Position numbers and translations under genes: made by a program
Part shown: positions 9,090 to 17,776 of the stretch, piece after piece
Position numbering within the stretch: the stretch's first letter is position 1
Layout: each line of letters opens with the position of its first letter
The notes under the pieces: generated by a model
What the model was told of the DNA's origin: nothing
Database searches by the model: none
The model's input: only the letters and a program-made list of their open reading frames with translations
Origin: a virus
Lineage: Duplodnaviria > Caudoviricetes
Virus record (IMG/VR): IMGVR_UViG_3300037419_001325
Location: 1 to 54,706 of that record
Strand: one strand, 5' to 3'
Length of the DNA stretch: 54,706 nucleotides

Positions 9090-9491
9090 TCAGCCCTGCG
9101 CCCACTCAGGCCGGTAATCCGGGTGATCAGACCACACTGCGGCGATATCGCGGTACATCAGATCGTCCGTGTACGCCCCGGTCTCTCGGCCGATGTAGCC
9201 GAGGTCGCTGGCGCGGTCACGCTCGTACTCCCCAACCTCCTTGGCGTGTCCCAGCATGGCGCGGAGCATGGCGCATTGCTGGAGTACGCGGGCGGGATCG
9301 TGGCGCGCCATATGGTGCGCCCACCCCAGCGGGACGACTTTCCCGATGAGTTCCGGGCGATCTTCCGACGTCCACAGGTTCCAGCCGTCGACTTGCCAGC
9401 GGTCGGCGCCGGGCGCACTGGTCCGGCCCGCCTGGCGGGCAATTGTCTCGTCCTCGTCCAGGCGGGCGCGGATGAAGTCCACTATGTTCAC
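9090..9491 (-). CDS. DUF6221-like protein
   Basis: FIRARLDEDE...ARHDPARVL...WSDHPDYRPEW signature. Confidence 0.75.
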   Translation of the reverse strand: MNIVDFIRARLDEDETIARQAGRTSAPGADRWQVDGWNLWTSEDRPELIGKVVPLGWAHHMARHDPARVLQQCAMLRAMLGHAKEVGEYERDRASDLGYIGRETGAYTDDLMYRDIAAVWSDHPDYRPEWAQG

Positions 9492-9494
9492 GGT

Positions 9495-9761
9495 TCAGCC
9501 CTCATTCCAGTTCTCGGCCACGTGCTCCTCGAGGTGGGCTTGCGCGAGCCGATCCATCTCGACCAAACCCCGCAAACGAGTAGCGCCCAACACCTTGTCG
9601 TGCCGCCATTCCATCGGCAGCAGCCAGTCACACCCGGCGTGCGGGCAGCCCTTCGCGGAGTGCACATACTCGCCTGGCTGTAGGGGTGCGTCGAGGTCGC
9701 CAAAACCGTGGCGGACCATGTCTGCGGCGGCCTGGTTGATGTAGTCGTGGAGGTCGGCCAC
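9495..9761 (-). CDS. Hypothetical protein
   Basis: Tightly packed operon ORF. Confidence 0.65.
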   Translation of the reverse strand: MADLHDYINQAAADMVRHGFGDLDAPLQPGEYVHSAKGCPHAGCDWLLPMEWRHDKVLGATRLRGLVEMDRLAQAHLEEHVAENWNEG

Positions 9762-9764
9762 AGG

Positions 9765-9953
9765 TCAGCCCTCCCGTCGATCCACGACGAAATTGCCATC
9801 CTCGAGCAGTCCGAGGTACGCCCGGATTTCGGGGGCGTCAGCCGAGACCGGCGGGGTGTCGGGGAACTCGATACGGCCCATGTCACTGCGCCACCCGGAC
9901 CACTGCCTGCCGTGCTCGTCGGTGAACTCCATACGCTCGATATCGGACATCAC
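9765..9953 (-). CDS. Hypothetical protein
   Basis: Tightly packed operon ORF. Confidence 0.6.
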   Translation of the reverse strand: MMSDIERMEFTDEHGRQWSGWRSDMGRIEFPDTPPVSADAPEIRAYLGLLEDGNFVVDRREG

Positions 9954-9959
9954 TCACCC

Positions 9960-10373
9960 TCAGTTGTCGAACCAGAACACGATGCGGGTCGCCGCTTGCT
10001 CGCCGAGCAACCTCAGCCGGTCCAGCTCGGCGAAGTACGCGTCCCCCAGGAACTCCCGGTACGTCAACGCATCGGGTGAGGGCGGCTGACAAGCCGCGTC
10101 GTAGTCGAATCCCGTCAGCTCCTTCAGCGACAGCCACGACACGCTGTGCCCATCCGAACCCCACGCCTCCACCTGGGCGCGCACCTGGTCCGACACGTCA
10201 TCCGGTAGGCCGCGAGGTTCCGCGATCGGCTGAATGTCGGTGTAGTTGCGCACGCCAGCGAGCCACGCGAACAGGTTGTAGTTCCGGAAGTCGAACAGCT
10301 CGAAGTGCGGCACCGACTCCCAGCGGCCGGACGGCGTCTGGCACTCGATGGTGGTGTGGATGTCGCAACCCAT
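9960..10373 (-). CDS. Conserved phage protein (MGCDIH...WFDN family)
   Basis: MGCDIH, RNYNLFAWLAGVRN, PRGLP, HSVSWL, RIVFWFDN. Confidence 0.75.
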   Translation of the reverse strand: MGCDIHTTIECQTPSGRWESVPHFELFDFRNYNLFAWLAGVRNYTDIQPIAEPRGLPDDVSDQVRAQVEAWGSDGHSVSWLSLKELTGFDYDAACQPPSPDALTYREFLGDAYFAELDRLRLLGEQAATRIVFWFDN

Positions 10374-10663
10374 CAGCCCTCCCCGTACGGATCGTTTCGG
10401 GACTTGCTGTCGATCCTGTCGAAACAGGTCGGGCACATCTGCCCACCTCGGCCTACATGACCCTCACGGCATATCTGACACAACCGAGGCGGGATCTCCA
10501 CCAGCTCGCCACCGGTGACCTTCCAACAGTCACGGGTACCGTCCGGGTGGTCGACGGTGAGGATGTGGCCGTTGAGTCCGTCCAGGGGTGGGCGGTCGGT
10601 GAAGGTGTCGCGTTGGACCCAGTCGACAGACCAGGTAGCCCATGGGTGTGCGGTATCGGCCAT
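10373..10663 (-). CDS. Hypothetical protein, C-terminal Zn finger
   Basis: CQIC...CPTC; TGATG coupling. Confidence 0.65.
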   Translation of the reverse strand: MADTAHPWATWSVDWVQRDTFTDRPPLDGLNGHILTVDHPDGTRDCWKVTGGELVEIPPRLCQICREGHVGRGGQMCPTCFDRIDSKSRNDPYGEG

Positions 10664-11013
10664 CAGTTGTCCTTGTCGTCTCGCGTCAGCGTCTCGCCTC
10701 CGAGCGCGTTGCTGATGGCTGCATTCAGGTCAGCCAAGCGAGCCTCTGCGGCGGCCACCTCGTCCTTAAGCCTCTCGTTGGTCAGCGCCAGGCGCGTCTG
10801 TTCGCTACGAAGTTTCTGCGTCTCTGATCGGAGCTCAGCCTGGCTCAACTGTTCGATGTCGAGATAGGCGTCACTGCTCCAATCGACCGTTCTGGCACGA
10901 ATCGGCGTGAACACCAACTGATCATCGGAGACGACCAGGACGAAACCGCGATCGTCCGTCAGCTCGTCGATCGCGGCACACAATTGGCGCTTCATATCGT
11001 CACGAAGACTCAT
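10663..11013 (-). CDS. Hypothetical coiled-coil protein
   Basis: Heptad-rich C-terminal half; TGATG coupling. Confidence 0.65.
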   Translation of the reverse strand: MSLRDDMKRQLCAAIDELTDDRGFVLVVSDDQLVFTPIRARTVDWSSDAYLDIEQLSQAELRSETQKLRSEQTRLALTNERLKDEVAAAEARLADLNAAISNALGGETLTRDDKDN

Positions 11014-11387
11014 CAGTCGTCCTTGTCGTCTTCCGGAAACACGGGTTCTATCCGCGGGTCACGCCGCATCCCCTCCGCCACAATCCGCTGCCACCACCTG
11101 TTCGGAGGCAACTCGTCCTTCCGGGTACGCCACACCCGAACTCGAACCTTGTCCCCGCCCTCGGGCACGGTCGCCATGAACTCGGCCACTTCACGATCGA
11201 ACCGTTCGAACAGGGCCTCGATCTCCGCCCAAATACCTGTCGGGATCGGGTCGCGCCCGGATTCCCACGACTGGTACGTGTTCGGGCGGACACCCAGCAT
11301 TTCCGCCATATCCACCTGCTCCAGGCCCAAGTATCGGCGGGATGCGGTCAATCGGCCGGCGCGTCCGTGTTCGCGTGCGGTGGGCAT
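11013..11387 (-). CDS. HTH protein of Aca2/YdiL (DUF1870)-like family
   Basis: RRYLGLEQVDMAEMLGVRPNTYQSWESGRDPIP HTH followed by VRVRVWRT...WWQRIVAE segment matching DUF1870 layout; GAAAGGGAG RBS. Confidence 0.7.
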   Translation of the reverse strand: MPTAREHGRAGRLTASRRYLGLEQVDMAEMLGVRPNTYQSWESGRDPIPTGIWAEIEALFERFDREVAEFMATVPEGGDKVRVRVWRTRKDELPPNRWWQRIVAEGMRRDPRIEPVFPEDDKDD

Positions 11388-11485
11388 AGACTCCCTTTCG
11401 TCCAGCACGGCCGCTGCTCGACCGTGCTGGGCACCATGATCACACGCTCTGCGGAGTGATCGTGGGGTGAGGGAGCGGCGTGGGG

Positions 11486-11857
11486 TCACGCGGCGATCCG
11501 GGTGGGCATGTCCACGCGGTCAGCGGTGTCCGCCAGGTGGGGGTGGACGAACCGCAGGTAGTTGCGGCACACCTTCACCGTGATGGTCTCGAACTCGTCG
11601 GTGTTCGCGGACATGAGCAGGGTGTTGATGTAGTCGCCTGCGATGCCACCGGCCAGGGTGCGGTCGGTGGTGAGGTAGCAGCCCTCTTCCCAGTCGTAGG
11701 TGTCCCACTGGACCTCGACAGCGCCGGGCTGTCCGGTCTCCTCGCACATGGCGTTGTCCCAACCGGTGTTGGTTACCTCGATGCGGATGCGCTCATCGGC
11801 TTGGATGCCCAGCGCTTCGGCGATCGCGGCGGCGGGGGTGGCGATGAAAGTGGTCAT
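11486..11857 (-). CDS. Small acidic protein upstream of Aca2-like gene (anti-defence candidate)
   Basis: 123 aa, D/E-rich, first gene behind promoter and leader. Confidence 0.75.
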   Translation of the reverse strand: MTTFIATPAAAIAEALGIQADERIRIEVTNTGWDNAMCEETGQPGAVEVQWDTYDWEEGCYLTTDRTLAGGIAGDYINTLLMSANTDEFETITVKVCRNYLRFVHPHLADTADRVDMPTRIAA

Positions 11858-11932
11858 GTCCGGCTCCTCCGGTGTTGTGCCAGCTGGTCTGGCGATACGG
11901 TCGACTATACATGCGAGTGATGGTGTTGTAAA
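11858..11932 (-). promoter_or_regulatory. sigA-type promoter plus two-hairpin leader copy 4
   Basis: TTTACA-N17-TATAGT; GCCAG-ACCAG-CTGGC, CCGG-AGGAG-CCGG-AC-ATG. Confidence 0.85.
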
Positions 11933-11978
11933 GCGAAACAGCCGCCCAACCATGATCGGTTGAGCGGCTGCCTGGGGG

Positions 11979-12203
11979 TTACGCTTCGCCCCAGTCGTAG
12001 CCCCGCTGGTACGCCTCATCTGCGACATCCTCGGGGACTCCGACACGTTCGGCGGTGGCGAAGGCTCGTTCGATCGCGGCCACCGTGTCCGGGGTGTCGG
12101 GGTAACCGTCTTCGGCTTCCTTCCGGGCCAGGCTGCCGATGCTGACCAGCGCGGAAATGGCGGCATCGAGGGTGGTTGCGGGGGCGGGGGTGATGGTGAG
12201 CAT
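11979..12203 (-). CDS. Small acidic hypothetical protein (behind leader)
   Basis: 74 aa, ATG directly after leader. Confidence 0.75.
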   Translation of the reverse strand: MLTITPAPATTLDAAISALVSIGSLARKEAEDGYPDTPDTVAAIERAFATAERVGVPEDVADEAYQRGYDWGEA

Positions 12204-12275
12204 GTCCGGCCTTCCGGTTGATGCCAGCTGTTCTGGCGATACGCACACTATACCAGCAAGCGACTGTACCGTCTA
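12204..12275 (-). promoter_or_regulatory. sigA-type promoter plus two-hairpin leader copy 5
   Basis: TAGACG-N17-TATAGT; GCCAG-AACAG-CTGGC, CCGG-AAGG-CCGG. Confidence 0.85.
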
Positions 12276-12295
12276 GTGAATGCGTCGGGCCGGCA

Positions 12296-12625
12296 TCACC
12301 CCGACGTGTGCCAGACGCACGGCCAATCCGGCACCCGATCCCGCATCTCCCGCAACACCCCGAGGAAGCCGTCATAGTTGCCCCAGCCGTTCGGCGGGTT
12401 CATGGCCCGAAACCGGTCCGGGTCAGCCTCCAGGCCCTCGATGATCCTGCCCAGGAACGCGGCGCCCGCCTTGCCCTCCATGCCGTCGAGGATTCGCCAC
12501 CAGGACTGCCCGGTGTCGTCGTCGGGATGGATGACCGAGTTCGCCATGTCGTTGGTGTTGTGGGTGTAGTCCCACCAGCCCTCTTGGTGGCCGCGGTCAT
12601 CGATCAGAGTTGCGTCCCAGCTCAT
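12296..12625 (-). CDS. Conserved phage hypothetical protein
   Basis: YTHN...NPPNGWGNY motif. Confidence 0.7.
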   Translation of the reverse strand: MSWDATLIDDRGHQEGWWDYTHNTNDMANSVIHPDDDTGQSWWRILDGMEGKAGAAFLGRIIEGLEADPDRFRAMNPPNGWGNYDGFLGVLREMRDRVPDWPCVWHTSG

Positions 12626-12837
12626 CGGTTGGCCACCTCATTGGGTTCCAGGCAGAAGAACAGCACGCTCGTTCGGACCCGTGGGGTACCGACCTGGTTC
12701 GTCGCATCCGCGAATAGGGCTTCGTACATCTGCTGGCGGGTACGCCCATCTGCTGGTGTTGTTCCTGTGAATGTGACGATGATTTGGCCGCTCGGCGCCG
12801 ACCACTGCAGGGTCAACACGTAATGCATGTCGCTCAT
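12622..12837 (-). CDS. Hypothetical protein
   Basis: Translationally coupled ORF. Confidence 0.65.
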   Translation of the reverse strand: MSDMHYVLTLQWSAPSGQIIVTFTGTTPADGRTRQQMYEALFADATNQVGTPRVRTSVLFFCLEPNEVANR

Positions 12838-13169
12838 CAGTTCCCCTTCTCCCTCCAGGGCTTACGCAGCTGGAATATCCCCAACGATCGACGCTCGTCC
12901 GGCGGCCAGCCCCCTGCCACTGCTGGGCCGTTCGCGGGGGCGGCCTGTTCTTCGGCTGTCTCCTCCGCCTCTTCCTCGGCCACGGATCGTTTGGCGGCGC
13001 ATGTCGAGCAGTACAGGACGTCTCCGTCCGGGTTCACCCAGTCGGAGCCCTCCGCTTCAGCCAGCGCGCCGAGTCTGTCGGTCCAGGCGGCGTAGTCCGA
13101 CCCCTCATCGAACGGGGTTATGCCGCAGTCGTCGCACACCGCGGCGTACATGGTCACTTCGCGAATCAT
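12837..13169 (-). CDS. Hypothetical Zn-binding protein
   Basis: CDDC...CSTC. Confidence 0.65.
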   Translation of the reverse strand: MIREVTMYAAVCDDCGITPFDEGSDYAAWTDRLGALAEAEGSDWVNPDGDVLYCSTCAAKRSVAEEEAEETAEEQAAPANGPAVAGGWPPDERRSLGIFQLRKPWREKGN

Positions 13170-13441
13170 TGGTTCACCTCGGTAGGCCAGAACTGCATCA
13201 ACGTGTACCGCTCCGCCCGCTGACGGAACCACGACCAACGCAACCGCACACGTACCAACTCCCAACCCGCCCCACGCGACTCCACCATCAGCAGGTCGCC
13301 CGGTTTCACGCCGGGAAGCATGTGGATGGTGAGGTGGAGTTCGCCGGCGGTGATGTGGGGGATGGGGTCGCTGTCGCCGTTGGGTTGGAGGGCGTGGAGT
13401 TGGCGGTCGGGGGACACCAACACCATCTGATCCGCGATCAC
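13166..13441 (-). CDS. Hypothetical protein
   Basis: Coupled ORF, GTG start. Confidence 0.55.
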   Translation of the reverse strand: MIADQMVLVSPDRQLHALQPNGDSDPIPHITAGELHLTIHMLPGVKPGDLLMVESRGAGWELVRVRLRWSWFRQRAERYTLMQFWPTEVNQ

Positions 13442-13944
13442 TGGTCGGCCTCCTCGGGCTCCCACAGCACGGTGGCAGGGAGGTCGTTATCGGAAAGCAT
13501 CCGCAGGCCCTCCAGGTTCGTCATGTACGCGCCGCGGCCGTGTTCCGAGTGAGTGCCGATAATCGCTGCGTAGCCGAGCCGAGTTCGAAGCATCGTCTCG
13601 TCGGGAAGCGTGGACAGGTCGGCGATGCTCTCGATGACGCGGGGCGGTGGACGCCAACCCTCCATCTGGTCGAGAACATCGGCAGCTTCGGCCAGACAGT
13701 CAGCGGGCCAGTGATGTTCGGACTTGCGGGCGGCGGCCGACGCCTGGCGCCACCGGTCCTGCAAAGACTCCCCGCCAGGTACGGCGTGTTCGGCGAGCCG
13801 TTGCGCCTGCCGGTAGGTGGTGAGCATGTCCAGCAGTTCCGGGCTGGCGAGAATCGAGGCAGCGGCCATCTTGCTCGTGAATGGCATGCAGGTGTCGCGC
13901 TCGATGATCTCGGCGAGCTGGTCGCGGGGTTCGTTACTGGACAT
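13438..13944 (-). CDS. Hypothetical protein (paralog of 20696..21034)
   Basis: RDQLAEII...EGWRPPPRVIE...ATVLWEPEEA. Confidence 0.65.
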   Translation of the reverse strand: MSSNEPRDQLAEIIERDTCMPFTSKMAAASILASPELLDMLTTYRQAQRLAEHAVPGGESLQDRWRQASAAARKSEHHWPADCLAEAADVLDQMEGWRPPPRVIESIADLSTLPDETMLRTRLGYAAIIGTHSEHGRGAYMTNLEGLRMLSDNDLPATVLWEPEEADQ

Positions 13945-14320
13945 CGGGTTTGGTCTCGCTTTCGGGTCGGGGGTTCACGATGTCGCCGATACGGGCACGC
14001 ACGTAGTCGGCGGCAGCGGCTTTGTCGTCGTAGCCCACTTCCAGCCAGTGACGCTCTTTGTCGATGCCAGCCTGGAATGCGGCTATGACGTTGGCGAGCT
14101 TCTGCTGTTCGAGCTGCTGCCGCTGCACCTCCACCTGGGCGCGGATCTGATCACTGACATGCACCAGCGCCAAGACGGCCGCGCCCTGCACCGTGGCGGC
14201 AGCGAGTCCGACATCGGCGACGTTCAGGCGGTTGATGTCGCCCATGGCTTTGGTGACCCCGGCGGTGATGGTCAGGGCGAGGTCGCGGAGCGATTTCGGC
14301 GCCTCATCGGATTCGGTCAC
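13934..14320 (-). CDS. Hypothetical protein
   Basis: GAAGGA RBS, GTG start. Confidence 0.6.
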   Translation of the reverse strand: MTESDEAPKSLRDLALTITAGVTKAMGDINRLNVADVGLAAATVQGAAVLALVHVSDQIRAQVEVQRQQLEQQKLANVIAAFQAGIDKERHWLEVGYDDKAAAADYVRARIGDIVNPRPESETKPDVQ

Positions 14321-14429
14321 GGTTGTTCCTTCGGTCAGAGGTACGGGAGGTGGCCGAGCCGAGGCCCGTGGCCCGGCCACCGAACCCAGCGCCCCCGATT
14401 CCGGCGGAGGCACTGGAGGGTTTCATGGA

Positions 14430-15041
14430 TCAGGACGCGGCAGCAGCCTCGGCCTCAGCACGCTTGCGGGCGACGACGGCCAGGCGGGCGTTGCGGTAGT
14501 TCTCCCGCTTCCGCTCGTCCTTCGCCTTCCGCTCCGCCAGGTCCTTCTCGAACCGCAACCGCTCCAACTGGTCCCGCGCGGCTTCATCCACCTCGTCCTG
14601 CGTCAGCTTCGGGCGCTTCAACCAGTCCTTACGCGGTTCGGCATGGGCGGCCATCCGCCACGGATGGAAGACTCCGACTCCGGTAGCGGCGGCGTAGAAC
14701 CGTTGCCCAGCGATCTCGTACGACCGGACTACGGCGGTGGTCTGCCGCAGCATCTTCGCCGCGGACCGGGACACCGGATACCAGTACCCGAACTCGACGG
14801 GCTGGGGGAGCTGGTCGGACGGGAATTCGGGAAGGCTCAACCGTTCCCGCATCGCGGCGGGGATGGGGCGGTGACTGTAGAACTCGGGCCGGGTGCCGTT
14901 GTTGAGGTCGGTCGCGATGCCCTTGGCCGTGACCGGGTTCGGGGAGGGGATGTAGATGAACGGGTTGGCGGCGGGGATGGTGGCCCACCGCCACATGTCG
15001 GTGGTCGTCCACGGGATGCTGACAGCCTGTTTGGGGATCAC
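14430..15041 (-). CDS. Hypothetical protein with basic coiled-coil C-terminus
   Basis: GTGA-coupled to upstream membrane ORF. Confidence 0.65.
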   Translation of the reverse strand: MIPKQAVSIPWTTTDMWRWATIPAANPFIYIPSPNPVTAKGIATDLNNGTRPEFYSHRPIPAAMRERLSLPEFPSDQLPQPVEFGYWYPVSRSAAKMLRQTTAVVRSYEIAGQRFYAAATGVGVFHPWRMAAHAEPRKDWLKRPKLTQDEVDEAARDQLERLRFEKDLAERKAKDERKRENYRNARLAVVARKRAEAEAAAAS

Positions 15042-15232
15042 AGTGCCACCGCCAGGGAGAACAGGGTCACGGCGACGATCCAGGTGACGACGGTGGCGGC
15101 GAGTCCGACAGCGACCGCGAGCGGCAGGACGAAGATCACGGTGAACAGCGACAGGCCCATCAGGAGCAGGGGGATTTCGACGCTGATGCGAGCCCGCGCT
15201 ACGGTGAATCGGTTGGGGTGTTTGATGTGCAT
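15038..15232 (-). CDS. Small membrane protein (behind leader)
   Basis: MHIKHPNRF start, long hydrophobic C-terminus. Confidence 0.7.
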   Translation of the reverse strand: MHIKHPNRFTVARARISVEIPLLLMGLSLFTVIFVLPLAVAVGLAATVVTWIVAVTLFSLAVAL

Positions 15233-15307
15233 TCCGGCTCTTTTCCGGTTGGTGACGGCTGTTCCGTCGATGTGGGTAACGATACCAGCGGGTGACTGTG
15301 TTGTCAC
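15233..15307 (-). promoter_or_regulatory. sigA-type promoter plus two-hairpin leader copy 6 (covariant)
   Basis: GTGACA-N17-TATCGT; ATC-GACGG-AACAG-CCGTC-ACCAA-CCGG-AAAAGAG-CCGG-A-ATG. Confidence 0.8.
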
Positions 15308-15468
15308 GTGTTCCGGCGATATTCCGGCCACCCGATCTGGCAACCGATCAGCGACCCGCGACGCCGGTCGGTCTCAGGGGCGCGTCCGGGAGATAATCTC
15401 CGCAGGTCGCACCCAAACGCCCGTCCGCCGAACTCCACCCCAAACCACACCACAGCAACCCGCCAGCA

Positions 15469-15972
15469 TCACTCCGGGGCCGAATCCACCACCTCACCCT
15501 CCACCACATCCCCAGCCGAACCATCCAGCAGCGCCATCGCCTCCGCCTTCAACCGCTCCAACTCACCCACATCCGCACCGAAATGCACCGACACATCCGG
15601 CCCCTCCAGATGATGCAACTTCGACAACCTCGTCAACGCCCTATCCGCCGAGTTCAACCCCTTGATCAGCACATCAGGGTCGCCCGTCTCCACGAACATC
15701 TGCTCACCCCGCTCCACCAGCCGATACGCCTTCACCCACAACGCCTCCGCCCGCGCGATCATCCGCGGTCGAGCCACCTCGGCGCCGGCGTTGTCCGCCC
15801 GCTGCAGTACCGCGTTCACGGCCGCCCGGACACTGGACTCGCCGGAATACCCGACCTCGTCCGCGATCTCGGCATAGGTGAGACCACCCTGCACCACCAG
15901 ATCCAGGCATCTCTGCTGCTTGACCTGCACCTCTTCCGGGACTTTGCCGCCCGCCTTCCCGGTCTTAGCCAT
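15469..15972 (-). CDS. HTH protein, putative terminase small subunit
   Basis: N-terminal HTH (GLTYAEIADEVGYSGESSV), helical middle, acidic tail (VVEGEVVD) as in actinophage TerS. Confidence 0.6.
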   Translation of the reverse strand: MAKTGKAGGKVPEEVQVKQQRCLDLVVQGGLTYAEIADEVGYSGESSVRAAVNAVLQRADNAGAEVARPRMIARAEALWVKAYRLVERGEQMFVETGDPDVLIKGLNSADRALTRLSKLHHLEGPDVSVHFGADVGELERLKAEAMALLDGSAGDVVEGEVVDSAPE

Positions 15973-16483
15973 TCGCATCACCCGTGAGCGCAGAGGAACC
16001 GGCGTCCAAGAAGCGTTCCATCCGCTGCACCGCTTCCTGCGGACTGTGGCCGTCCCACTCGGCTGCGACGTCGCGTGCTGGCACCTGGAAGCGGCCCCAA
16101 TCGGCCATCTCGTAGTGGTTGGAGACCTGCCCGGTGGGGAGTTGCGCGTAGACGACGAACCAGCCACCGCCGAAGCACAATTCATTATCGGAGTGCCGGA
16201 GACTCTTGTGGACGTCGTACATGCCCAGGCGTGCCCATTCGTTGAACAGCAGGGCGTTGTACAGCATCCGGTAGTGGTAGAGCTCGGTGAAGGTGTGGAA
16301 GCCGTCGGAGGTGTCCGGGCTGACCATGCAACGGCGGGCGATCTCCTGTTTCAGTTCGGCCAGTTTGCCTTTCCCGAAGTCGGCGCCGGTGGAGGTCTCC
16401 CACCATCCGGTGTCGCTCTCGCATTCGTCCTTGTCGATGCCGCGGAGTAGGTCGTCCACCCAGGACAGATCGGGCTCAGACAT
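15965..16483 (-). CDS. WDGH-domain phage protein
   Basis: SDGFHTFTELY...LPTGQVSNHY...EWDGH. Confidence 0.7.
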   Translation of the reverse strand: MSEPDLSWVDDLLRGIDKDECESDTGWWETSTGADFGKGKLAELKQEIARRCMVSPDTSDGFHTFTELYHYRMLYNALLFNEWARLGMYDVHKSLRHSDNELCFGGGWFVVYAQLPTGQVSNHYEMADWGRFQVPARDVAAEWDGHSPQEAVQRMERFLDAGSSALTGDANG

Positions 16484-16563
16484 CAGGACTCCCCGATGGT
16501 TGCGTAGAGGCCGCGGCCGAGCAGGGCGGCTATCACGATCACCCACAACCACTGGGCGGCCAT
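16483..16563 (-). CDS. 26-aa hydrophobic micro-protein
   Basis: MAAQWLWVIVIAALLGRGLYATIGES; TGATG coupling at both ends. Confidence 0.55.
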   Translation of the reverse strand: MAAQWLWVIVIAALLGRGLYATIGES

Positions 16564-16907
16564 CACAGCTCGTCCTCGATGGATTCGGGCAGGTGGGCTT
16601 CGAACATGTCCACCACTTCTCTCGTGGACATTCCGGCGCGGCTACCTACCTCGAGGAGGGCGGCGGCCATCGTGATCACCATGGCGGTGTCATCCACGCC
16701 GGAGCGGTGCGCGGTGACGGCGCGGTGCAGCTGCTCGATGGGCAGGTCCAGGTCATCGACATGCCGGATGATGCTCTGGATGTGCGGGGCGGCGACGTTG
16801 GCGTGTTTGCAGAAGTGGCGGGGGTTCCACCAGAAGTCCTGGATGAGGGTCAGGAGTATCCAGAAGGCGGCGAAGCTGAGGGCGCCGAGGAAGCTGTCCC
16901 AGTTCAT
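16563..16907 (-). CDS. Hypothetical membrane-anchored protein
   Basis: N-terminal hydrophobic helix. Confidence 0.6.
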   Translation of the reverse strand: MNWDSFLGALSFAAFWILLTLIQDFWWNPRHFCKHANVAAPHIQSIIRHVDDLDLPIEQLHRAVTAHRSGVDDTAMVITMAAALLEVGSRAGMSTREVVDMFEAHLPESIEDEL

Positions 16908-17395
16908 CGGTTGCTCCGTTCCTGCTGCCACCGGGTGAATGCTTGGTCCCGCTCCGCCTGGTCGGATGACTCCATACCGAGGGTGTGGAGGGACATGGAC
17001 TGCTCACGAGCCAGGTAGCCGGCCGCGAACGCTTCGTCTTGCCGTGCCTGCGCGGCCATCCGGGCGCGTTGGCCTGTCCATGGCAGGTGGAGACCATCGT
17101 CGGAGTGGCGGGGTACGAAGTGGACGTGCAGGTGCGCGATCGTCTGGGTGGCGGCCATGCCGCTGGAGGTGATCAGGTTGTACGCCTCGCCCGGTTCGGC
17201 GTACCGTGCGGCGGCCTCCATGCTGGCGCCCAGAGGGAAGGGCGACGGGTGCTCGGCATGTTCGGCGGGCAGGAACAGCATGTGCCCGGGAGTGACTGGG
17301 TTGAGCGGCCGGAAGCGGACCACATCCCGGCGGTACGTGAGTTCGTATTCGCCGTGGCTGATGCGGTCACAGAACGGGCACTGAGGGGAGCTCAC
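16904..17395 (-). CDS. HIT-family nucleotide hydrolase (copy 1)
   Basis: CPFC, PLNPVTPGH, QTIAHLHVHFVPR. Confidence 0.88.
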   Translation of the reverse strand: MSSPQCPFCDRISHGEYELTYRRDVVRFRPLNPVTPGHMLFLPAEHAEHPSPFPLGASMEAAARYAEPGEAYNLITSSGMAATQTIAHLHVHFVPRHSDDGLHLPWTGQRARMAAQARQDEAFAAGYLAREQSMSLHTLGMESSDQAERDQAFTRWQQERSNR

Positions 17396-17748
17396 AGCAG
17401 GCCCTCCATCGTCGTCCGGACGGTCTCGGCCTGCTCCGGTCCTCCGACGTAGTTGACGGGGGCGGTGACGATGCGCTGTGCGTTCGGCGACAGGGTTTCC
17501 ACGGCCTGCTGGAACTGGTCGAACGCCTCCAGTTCCTCGCCCGCGGTGGGTTCGGGTGCGCCGATGCGGGCGCGGGTGCTGGTGTACTCGATGTTCAGGG
17601 GCCGGGCCTGTACGTATACGGCGTCGATGCGTCCCTCGTGGATGTGGACTTCGACCAGTGCGCGGTCCGGGTTGTCTGCTTCGATCCCGAGCAGGCGCAT
17701 CGCTTCGGCGAAGTCGGTGGAGGGGATTCTGTTGGTGTTGCTGCCCAT
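17392..17748 (-). CDS. Hypothetical protein under late-type promoter
   Basis: Leaderless ATG 7 nt after TACCGT. Confidence 0.7.
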   Translation of the reverse strand: MGSNTNRIPSTDFAEAMRLLGIEADNPDRALVEVHIHEGRIDAVYVQARPLNIEYTSTRARIGAPEPTAGEELEAFDQFQQAVETLSPNAQRIVTAPVNYVGGPEQAETVRTTMEGLL

Positions 17749-17755
17749 GGCGGGG

Positions 17756-17776
17756 ACGGTATGACGGAGGGGTGCA
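17756..17776 (-). promoter_or_regulatory. Late-type promoter motif copy 3
   Basis: TGCACCCC-N7-TACCGT. Confidence 0.7.

Noticed and set aside
17478-17771. N-terminal extension of mpg in the ORF track
   Set aside because: Overlaps the minus-strand gene 17392..17748; family similarity starts near 17772
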